A stretch of 63,263 bases of DNA, counting the filler, from Dugesia japonica (taxonomy: Eukaryota): NCBI GenBank assembly GCA_001938525.1. It is 6 parts of 6 records of this genome, joined end to end, with 100 filler letters (N's around TTAATTAATTAA, not from the genome) between each part and the next. Parts side by side here need not be neighbours in the genome. Positions count along the whole stretch, not along the records: positions 44,009 to 54,037 come from MQRL01511800.1; positions 54,138 to 63,263 come from MQRL01622905.1; 4 more parts are not named here. One strand, given 5' to 3'. The translations under genes and the position numbers were made by a program. The first letter of the stretch is position 1, and every line of letters begins with the position of its first letter. The notes under the pieces are model-generated. The model saw only the letters and a list, made by a program, of their open reading frames with translations, was not told the origin of the DNA and ran no database searches. Below, in pieces: positions 52,866 through 63,263 of the stretch.

Positions 52866-53974
52866 ATAATTAATAGAAAATCATCAGAAATAAAAGAAAT
52901 ATTAATCAACAAAATGTTAAGGAAATGAAAATTAAATAATAGTAATTGGAATTAAAAAGCAGAAGAAAATATTGAACAGAATCTATGGTAAAATGTTATA
53001 AAGAAAATAAAGATGTAATAAGTTGTTGAGATAACAAAAAATTGATTAAATATTAAAAAATATAATAATTGAAGATAATCTATAATTAGATGGCTCCATA
53101 GAAACTAAGTGCTCAGAAAATAAATCAAACCGTTTAAGTGATCGAAAAGAAGAATGTAAATAAAACAAGGAATATATCATTATTTATAATTTATATAAAT
53201 GTGTTGAAAGTACTCATATATTAAAATTAAATTGATGAGAGAAAAGGAAAGATTAAAATTATATTATATTAAAATGATATTATATTATAATTATATTAAA
53301 ATATTTTGATATTTTAAAGAGAAATTATAGGAAAGAAATATCAAAGAAATAACCATAACCATTATAAATAATAAATAAATAGATTATTAGTCAGGTTTAA
53401 GTACAAGAATTGTATTATTATTATAATTTTATAAAAAATATTAAAATGTAAAATTATTATTATTATCGATAAATAAAATTAAAATTATTATTATTCAATA
53501 AATATTATTATTTATAATGAACCCAGAAGAATAATAACAGGAAATCTATATGTAGAAGAAGGTCTGATGATTTTATGCAAGAATTCAGTATTGATATGTT
53601 AATATTTGCATTTTATTTTGTAGTTATTTCTTTTTCTAAAACTCTTACAAGTTTTAGAAAATTAAGAAAAATTTAAGAAAAATATTTATTTTAAGTCTCT
53701 CAGAATCAAGTATAAATAGTAACATTAATTCGACCAGTCAGAATCGAGCATACGTAGCTACTTTTAAATTTCGACCGGTCAAATCACAGGATAAGTAGCG
53801 TCTTTTGAAAACATTTTCAATCCTCGGGGTTTGGGGTGTTTACATGCGCTGGGATCTACCTTCTTAATTGATTTAAATATTAAAAAATATATCTCAATTA
53901 GATTATTATATGTTATTAGAACAAATAAAATATTAATATACAATTTAATCGCCTTCTTTTGGCTGATATTATTA

Positions 53975-54037
<63 letters not shown>
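53975..54037. repeat. (ATT)n microsatellite
   Basis: Perfect att run up to the contig end. Confidence 0.95.
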
Positions 54038-54726
54038 NNNNNNNNNNNNNNNNNNNNNNNNNNNNNNNNNNNNNNNNNNNNTTAATTAATTAANNNNNNN
54101 NNNNNNNNNNNNNNNNNNNNNNNNNNNNNNNNNNNNNAATTCACAAAAGATGGTATGCATTAAAAGGGGAAAATGAAAAGCGATCGGAAAAAAATGTGAA
54201 AACTCTTAGAAAGTTCTTAAGAATGGGGTATAAAAAAATAATTAATAATAATTTCATTCAATAAAAATGGATTAAAATAATTAATTTCATAGAATTAATT
54301 CTATTTACTCTATATTTATTTAAATCAGTTATCAGTTTTAATAGTGAAATAAAATATGTCTAAAAGTAATATTTCTGATTTTGAAAATACGTTATCATTT
54401 GAAGATTTACCTGTCATATACATTCAAACAAAAACAAATAAATGTCAAGGTCAAAAATTAAAAATATTGACCGTGGAACTTTGGATTCAGGAAATCCGAA
54501 ATTACGTATTTAATGATTTAATAACACCACAATTAATAGGAAAATTAGTATAATTTAAAGGTAAAAGAATCAGAGCTGAAACGAAGTTGGTTTCATCAAA
54601 CTAATTAAAATTATAATAAATTATAATGATAAATTAAAATAAATTGAAAAATGATAAATAAATAAATAATAGTATAACTACAGAAAATAAAAATGTATTA
54701 TTAATTAACTCAATATATTAATTAAG

Positions 54727-57700
54727 GGAATTGTATTTTTGGATGAAGTGGATAAAATCACCAGTAAATCAGGATTTTATCATGCTATTCGTGATGTTGG
54801 AGGGGAAGGTGTTCAACAGGCTATGTTAAAATTATTAGAAGGCTCAGTCGTAACTATCCCCGATATGAAAGGTTCAAAAAGACTCAGATCAGAAACTGTT
54901 TCAATAGATACATCAAATATTTTATTTATTGCTTCTGGTGCATTTACTGGTTTGGAAAAAATCATCAAACACCGAAAATATAAAAGAGTAAGTTGAATTA
55001 ATAATTTNNNNNNNNNNNNNNNNNNNNNNNNNNNNNNNNNNNNNNNNNNNNNNNNNNNNNNNNNNNNNNNNNNNNNNNNNNNNNNNNNNNNNNNNNNATA
55101 CTATGAATTACAAATATATTTGCAATTTCATCCGGTCTTTTTACTTGCAAAAAGTTTGTTAACTATTTTTCTGACTCTCAACTCGAAATTGTGATATTTC
55201 TCATTTGGTCTTTGTTTGATCTTCAATCATTATATCTTCCATTTCCACACTTAATTTCTTCGCGTCTTGTCTTATTAACATATAAAATACGAATGAAAGC
55301 TCCATTTAAAAACCATTGAACAAGTTCATTTTTAAAAAATAAACGTTCTGGAGTATTAAAGAAAAACAAAACAAAGTTTTATATTTCTACTTATTATTAG
55401 TGAAAATTTCTTAATTCTAATTTCAATAATTAATTTAGACAACAGGATTTGAGGTACATTCAAAAGAAAATGACATGGGTTTATTGGAAGCATCGAAAGA
55501 AAATCGAGATCTCGATGGATTCTCCAAGAAATCTACACAAGCTGATTCAATTAATTTTAATTCAGAAGACGATCCTGCTGAGGAAAATAAAATAAAAGAT
55601 AATTTATTAAAAGAGGTAGAAGTCAGAGATTTAATTAGCTATGGATTGATACCTGAATTTGTGGGTCGATTTCCAATTATAACAGCGCTACACAATCTTG
55701 ATGAAGAAATGTTAGTTACAATTCTGACTCAACCAAAAAATGCACTGATAACTCAATTCAAGTTATTGTTTAATCTTGACAAAGTAATTATTTAAAGAAA
55801 ATTTAAAATCTAAATGAAAAAAATCATTGCCAAATTATAACTGTTAGATTTTGGGCATACAGACCAATCAGAATCAAAATCATACATGTTATCTAACATT
55901 TATTAGTATATAAACTATCTTATTTTATAATTAGAATATTCGTACCTCAACNNNNNNNNNNNNNNNNNNNNNNNNNNNNNNNNNNNNNNNNNNNNNNNNN
56001 NNNNNNNNNNNNNNNNNNNNNNNNNNNNNNNNNNNNNNNNNNNNNNNNNNNNNNNNNNNNNNNNNNNNNNNNNNNNNNNNNNNNNNNNNNNNNNNNNNNN
56101 NNNNNNNNNNNNNNNNNNNNNGGTCTATTTAAGAAGGAACAATAAAATCATTTATGTTATAAAACAAACGACCCTTGTAACTAAATACAACAATTCCAGC
56201 TATTCTCAAGTTTTTTGATGTCTTCTAAAAAATATGTTGACTGTAATCCTCCAAAATATGCTTCCGTTTCCTGTTTTACTTCGACATTTGAATTTCNTGT
56301 TTTTCTTCGTTAAATGTGGTCGGCTTCTATTAATTTCATTCTTCAAATGATTAAACAACACGGCATAATGAGGTTCTGTTATAGTTAGTCTTTCTCAAGA
56401 TAGTTTTTAAGAAATATACTTTTAGCATCCCAGAAAATGGTAGCCATAACCTTGTCAGACATTTTTTGTAGCTTTGGTGCACTTTCTCCACGTGAAATTC
56501 ACTTCTTCAATAGTTGAGTTGATTCTGGAGTGTAATAATAGATCCATGTTTCATCGACTCTAAAATTCGTTCGAATATCTTTGAAACAGTGCCAAATTTC
56601 TCTCCGAACCATTGACACATTATCGCTTTTGATCAATGGTTAATGAATACGAAAGCCATTTTGCAACAAGCTTTTTCCCTTGTAATCTTTCATGCATTAT
56701 CTTTTAAAACGTTTAAAATCTCAGCAATCTATCTTATCTTCACTTTTCGATCTTCCTTTATCATTTTGTGTACTAACCCGGTATTTTCGACAGTTGTTGC
56801 TTCAATTGAACGATCACTACGACATTCATGATCAGTGTATGTGCGTTGTCGGATTTCTTTCAAATGAATGACCACGTTTGAATTCCGAAAACCAACTTTT
56901 AATGGTGAAATACTATGGAGCTGATTCCTCATAATGCTGCTTCTCCAGACTTGCTTTGGTTTCTGCAGCGTTTTTCCTATTCATAAAATAATGCTCGATT
57001 GCTATCCAAAATTAATATTTTTCAGTTTTCAAAAATGCAACTACTGAAAATAATTAAATTCATTGTATAACACAAAATAATTTACCGATTTCCTTAAAAT
57101 ATTATTTTCCGTGATTTAGAAGATTGTACTTTAAAATAAGAATATCAATTTTTATTAAGTCTGTTATTAATGGCCGGAAACTTTTCAGGCAACCTAGTAT
57201 TTTAAAACTCATTTATGCTTCATATTTTACAATAAAAATAGAAACTTAAAAGCACTCTTTAAAATTTTCTTTACAATAACCACTTGACTGTCTTATTGTT
57301 GAATTTGTTCGAATTTTTGTTTGCGATTTCATTTATATGACTATTTCAAAATTCAAATATCTTGATAAATATAAACAAGGAAATATTAGTTAAGTAAATA
57401 TTCATTGCACATTAAACAAATTCGATAGTACGATCAAGCAAATAAATATTTAATTTATATAATTTGTAAATCTTAAATCTCGAATACTAGACTATCATCT
57501 TTAAAGTAACATTGATTTATATTTACGAGTAAATTTATTCAAAATAACCGCAGACATCAATCAATGTCATATTCAATTAAAAACAATCAATGACTTAGAG
57601 GAAATGTTTTTGAAGAGATTCAAGTTTTTTTAAAAATGTAAAAGATTTAATAAAAAGATTATCTACAAATAAAAATTTTATTTAGGAAAAAATGATAGAA

Positions 57701-59696
57701 AAGATGCTAGTATACTGTTCAGTTAACAAAAAGTTGAAGAAGAAGTGACTTTGCGAAAACGACAGAATATAGAAGGAATTGAAGAAACAATGAGTTTAGT
57801 ATACCAAGAAGAGAAAAACAGAGATTAAGTTTATGCAGTTAGAAGTTACGCGAGAGTTACAAATCGAAATTATCAGAAACCTATTAATCATACAGTAAAG
57901 AGACATGTGGATCAAAGAAAGGAAAACAAAATATAGAATGTTGGTTATGTCAAAAGATCGGTCATAATAAAGCAAATTGTCCCACAAAAAAGTGGTAGAG
58001 TGCTGGTGTTGTCATAAAACAGGACATATAAATCGAGATTGTCCAAATAAAAAAACAGTAAAATGTTTTGGTTGTGGATAGACGGGCCATATTAGAAGGT
58101 TATGTCAACGATGTGGAAAAAAGCTCTAACCTTCATGATGACGACGAAGAAACCAATTACGTCATAATTCCAGGCATAGATTAATTATCCGAGTAGTTTA
58201 GATATGGTTTTATAATATAGAAAAAGAATTCAACATAGTAATGCAGATATGTTATCTAGACCAAGATGTGAAGTATGTGTACAGTGCAAAATGTCACATA
58301 AATATGCCAAACAAGGGAAGATTAAAACAAGAGTACTAGACACAATCGAAAAAGAAAAATGGATCAATCAAAGATTTCTGAAGAAAATTATATAATCAAG
58401 AAAATTAAAATTCCGGATGACAAAATTCATGAAACAATAGAAGAAATACACAAATTATTATTTCATGCGGAAGTTTAGAAGATGTACGAATATATGAGAG
58501 ACAAATATTAATACCTTGCGAAGTAGTTGTGAAGCCGAATACAGAAGATAGTTCGTAATGCGAGAAACAAGTTGACGGAAAAAATATATTCTAGGAATAG
58601 TTGTTAAAAATTTAAAACCTTTAAACATGTTTAGACACAATAACTAAATTGCAAGTACATAATTATAAACTACTAAATAAACGTTGTTTAAATGTTTTAA
58701 AACCTAATTTTAAAAATGATTTAAAAATATCTATCAAAGCCCATTTAGGAAAATCTATCAAAATCAATTTAAATGATATATAATTATTGTTATAAAATTG
58801 AAATGGTTAATTATTATGGTCCGTTTTTTGCTCCGAATTGTCCTACGACAAATTTTCCGGATACCAATGGGTAGTCTTTTACCCGCGGATAAGAGGTTTA
58901 CAACTCATACGATAGACTTTAATGAATTGTATTTTGAATATTAATTATGTTTGTATTTTTTTAATGATCTTTTTAATTTGATCAATAGTGTCTGAAATTA
59001 TGGGACACTCTATTAAAATGCTTTTACTACAAATATAGATTATCACGGTTTATTTTAATATGCCTTCAACTATTAACAAGTTTTACTACAAATTATCACA
59101 CAAGGAATGCAAACACCATATTAATCAATGGTGTGATACGATTTGTGCAATATACACAAATAAGAGAATGTTAGCCAATAAACTTATCACCAACCGACAA
59201 ACTTCAATTTCATTATTTTTATATTGATGATTTTTTATCTTAATAGACGATGGGCAAATAGATTTAATGGAAACGATTTAAATTGTAAGCATAAGTTTGG
59301 TTTTTAGTAATTTTTAAACATACTCTCGATTTTTAAGCCAAGTTTTGTGCAAAATAGAACTATTGTCAGCACATTCTCTATAATTTAATAAGCGAGTTTT
59401 AGAATTTATAATCGTACATTTATATTTGATGGCTACAATAAAATGTTTAAATATAATGAAAAAACCTATTTCGATGTTGGAATTATTTAGAAATTTTATA
59501 ACGCCAATATTTAAGATGATTTTATAATTCTAATTTAAAATTCTTTATTACGCATAAAAGTAATTACATCTGAACTTTTTTACTATTTTTTCTAATTTCA
59601 CAGTGTGAACTGACAATAACAAATGACGCCCTGAAAGCAATAGCACACAAAGCACTTTTAAGAAGAACTGGAGCAAGAGGTTTGCGATCAATATTG
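54727..59696 (+). CDS. CLPX: Mitochondrial ClpX ATPase, internal exons (54727-54987, 55439-55783, 59604-59696)
   Basis: [69 protein letters not shown]. All junctions are phase 0 GT-AG. Confidence 0.95.
56130..57199 (-). mobile_element. Mariner transposon, decayed, in a ClpX intron
   Basis: [21 protein letters not shown]-terminal HTH region. TIR ta-ctaggttgcctgaaaagtttccggcc. Confidence 0.85.
57560..58560 (+). mobile_element. Internally deleted Gypsy element (gag knuckles plus integrase N-terminus) in a ClpX intron
   Basis: [44 protein letters not shown]. Confidence 0.8.
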
Positions 59697-59811
59697 GTAA
59701 TTTTACTTTTTATATTTAATAATTGTTAATAAAAATATTTAAGTTTTGTTTTACGACTAAATATAAATTTTGAGAAAGTAATAATAATAATAAGAATAAT
59801 AAGAATAATAA

Positions 59812-61427
59812 TGTTGGGGTGAAACACCTGAAAATAGAAAATAAGCCAGCAATAAGTAAACTTGAACTTCAACAGAATGTCACAAGAAAGAAAACGAAGA
59901 ATACAGACAAAAGAAGGAATCAGACCAGTTACCGAAAGGAATAATTAAAGAAAAAAAANNNNNNNNNNNNNNNNNNNNNNNNNNNNNNNNNNNNNNNNNN
60001 NNNNNNNNNNNNNNNNNNNNNNNNNNNNNNNNNNNNNNNNNNNNNNNNNNNNNNNNNAAGAAAGGACAATTAATAACGGAAGAAAGTAATTCATTAACTG
60101 AAAGTAAAAAAGTCAAAGGAAATGAATAATCAACTTACAGAAAATAAATTAAATGAATTAATTAGTAGAAGAAAACAGCGAAATTAAATTAAATGTAGAT
60201 CAGAGAAACAAAGAAACGGACATATAATTAATAATTAAGAAGAAAATAAAATAAATAATTTATTTATGTGAATAAAATAAATCATATGAATTAAAATGAT
60301 TTATTTTTAAAAGAAAATTAAATATTTTATGAAAATATGGCAAAAACGACGACTTCCCATGGTGAGAAAATTAGCAATTAAAACAATTCTGGTCAAGAAA
60401 AAATCGGGGAGTTCGAAAATGCAAGTTAGAAAATCGTAACAAGATCCAGAAAAAAGTTATAAGGGTCTGAAGATTGATCAATGGAACTCCAGTAATTTGG
60501 AAATCCAAAGTTCTAACCAATAAGAAGAAATCAAGTGACAAAACCAAAATAATCGACCAATTAAAACGCCAAAAATGATTATTAACCAATAGAAAGAATA
60601 GCGGCGCAGCAGAAAACGGTATAAATATCGAGGCGATTTTCATCTAAATCATCTAATTTACCATGTGTAGCAAATTCAAGCTAATTTACCGAATTTATAA
60701 AATCCAGCGAATTTGTCAAGTTTACCAAACCAGTACAATCTACCAACTTACTGAAATCCAGATTTCATCGGGAAAAGCTTAAAAGTAAAGAATTGATCCA
60801 AAGGTGAATTTAACGGTAATTTCTTGTTGTTAATTTCGCGCAACGATTTTCGACTCGTAAATGGAAGATTATGGATGACCTTTGGAATCACTAATGGATA
60901 TCGCCGACGATCCATTACAATTATTGTGCTTGCTCCGGATTGGGATTCAGGTCATGTTAGTTATATCAATGGTCATATTTATTAAATTTATGTATAACAA
61001 GTAAACTTTGACGTATTTAATATCGTTTTCGAGTTCAGTCCTTTTGTCTTCCTCATTTAATGCAGTCTAAAATCCTACATTGATGGTTTTTAAGTTAAAA
61101 TGAGATAGAAAAGATTTAGGTATAAATGAGTAAAATTAATATTAATTTAAGGTCAAATCAATTAAGTAAACCTAATAATAGATAAGCTGAAAAGCACTAA
61201 GTTGAGATTGGATATTGAATCATTAAGACTCAATTTCGAGCAAGAATCATAAATAACGAACCCGAACCAAAGGAGTTCGAGTCTGTACTCGAATTTCGAG
61301 TCAACGGCTCCATTCCGAAGATCTGGAATTTTAGGGACACCAGATTAAATTTTTCGCGGGGTTTTACTAGGCCGATCACCCTAGATTTAAATATAAAAAA
61401 TCGACCCACGTAGATAAAACCCCAACA
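59812..61427 (+). mobile_element. Long solo-LTR-like element (~1.6 kb)
   Basis: TGTTGGGG...CCCCAACA. CCAAT boxes at ~60517/60557/60587 and TATAAATA at ~60620. Homologous to 15346-17696 and inserted in an AAT/AAC repeat. Confidence 0.7.
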
Positions 61428-62465
61428 ACAACAACAATAATAAAAATAATAAATAACTGAGGAACATATAAATTTAAGATTTAAATTAATATTTTTAAAT
61501 CCAACAGAAATTAGAATAATTATATAAAATTAGATAATTCATTTTTAGGTTCCATACAATTTAATCAATTTGTGTCATTAATTGTAAAAATGTCCTTTTA
61601 TGATTGTTTTGTATTTCATTTATTTAATTACATTGTCTAATTGTAATTGAATAAATATAATGGCTTTGGATATTGGAATTATTAATTTGATTATTTTAAT
61701 CCTAAAATAATATTATCAAATATAGTTTTATTTGTTTTCATATTATTTTAAGGATTCAATTAAATTACGTTTAGATAGTTTAGTGACTTGATTATTTTTA
61801 TTTCTAAATTCATATTGAACTTAGTTACTCTATTTCATTTTCATATTTAATCATTTAGTCGTTTACATTAATTAGGCTACCTAATATAGTTAGTTGACTT
61901 AATTATTGATGCCATTTATAAATTTAACGATCAGATTACGTAGTCCAAACCAGTTACGAAAACCCGTTGTTTTATTTCAACACGAATTATTATTACTAGT
62001 GTTCCAGTGCTAGAGTTTTCGTTTAATCAGCTTAGCACTGATTTTTTAAAGGTTATATAACCCATAATTAAGAAATTTTCTCTTAATATTCGTTTTCATC
62101 TAGATAATTCCATTACTGTTGGTATTATTTTCAACTAATGATGCCAGCCAGTTATCGTATCAATTAAAAATCTCACACTAGGTTCACTTTTGCATTCAGA
62201 AATTTTAATATTCCTGGGGACAAATCTAATACTAGTGCGTATACTGAGAATGGTGTTGATCTTCGATATTGAATCATACAAATCCTTTGAGTTTCCATCA
62301 CTACTCCTTCAGATTATTTGTACAGTTCTCTTTCGCTTCTTGCAGAGATTAGAATGCTGTGCAATCTCTTGTGCAGGCTTTTAAAATGCCGTCTGCCATA
62401 ATGCAAGAGTAAGAGATGTTGCTAGCAATGACCTTGTTCATGCTAACACTAGATATCTTAAGCTT

Positions 62466-62510
62466 AGTAAATAGATGGTGGCGGATCAACTAACTTCACC
62501 TTGAACCACT
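62466..62510 (+). mobile_element. Possible Polinton-type terminus
   Basis: AGTAAATAGATGGTGGCG resembles the AGTA(G/A)GTAGA..GCG termini elsewhere in the window. Confidence 0.35.
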
Positions 62511-63263
62511 ATTTATGAACTCAGCTCCCCTCCCCCCGAGTGAATTGAGAAATTTTTCTCCAAGTGAGCTGAGAAATTTTTTTAAAAATACAAAAGTGAT
62601 CTGTAAAATGAAATTATCTGTAAAAATCAAAACTTTCCTCGGGCTGGTCGAATTCGGTTCAATTTGTGTGACTTTTAGGTGGATTCGGTCAAATTTTTGT
62701 TAGGAATCATCAAATATGGCTCATTTTGGACAATATTTAGGTAAATTCAGTTGATAATTTACTCGGTGAGGTTGAAAATGGTTAATTTTGGTAAGGAGTT
62801 TCCTTGGGTTTGTCGGTTTGGGTAATTTTGGAACAATCTCGGTTGAACTTTTACTCGGCGAGGTTGGTTTTACCTGAATTTGGATTTGTCTTTACTCGAT
62901 GAAGTCAAATCAGGTATATTTTGACTGATTTTAGATGGTTTTAGTTGATAATCATCAATACTTATCTGGCCTTATTATTACAAAAACAGGCATGATCTAA
63001 AACTAAACGTTTCTACTCATTTGCATATGCCCACTAACACGTGTGCGAAGATTACGTTTTGATTTATGATTTTTGTTTAATTTAAAATTTAGAATAACTG
63101 CAACAATTTGGTTAGAAATAATTTGTAATTGTAAAAACAGTTGTATAAAGAACGATGTATCATCCCTCATATTTTTTAACCTTTATATTTGATCTTTATA
63201 ACTCGAACGTCATAGACAAATTTAAATAAATAGACAGGAAATTGTTTTACAATTGCAATTATT

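Overview
Very AT-rich (roughly three-quarters A+T by eye), repeat-dense animal genomic DNA. The 43-49 bp GT-AG introns and transposon mix suggest a planarian-like invertebrate (inference). The window is at least six contigs joined by artificial N-TTAATTAATTAA-N linkers (~9040, ~22965, ~35575, ~43955, ~54085), so order across those joins cannot be trusted. Host genes are partial, intron-containing COP9 signalosome subunit 3, a STE/MAP3K-like Ser/Thr kinase and mitochondrial ClpX. The rest is decayed mobile DNA: two mariner, Buster-type hAT plus a hAT MITE, Merlin, an RLE-type non-LTR RT, two Ty3/Gypsy, long solo-LTR-like elements and Penelope-type minimal hammerhead motifs. The most notable content is an endogenous Polinton/Maverick/adintovirus-like virome: two double-jelly-roll major capsid pseudogenes with a shared small HTH-like gene family, pPolB, two rve integrases, a packaging ATPase, a penton and a GG|F-motif core protein. 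There are also about nine AGTAG-type termini, some followed by clustered AP-1 (ATGACTCAT) or nuclear-receptor (TCAAGGTCA) sites. All homology calls are from recognised motifs; no database searches were run.
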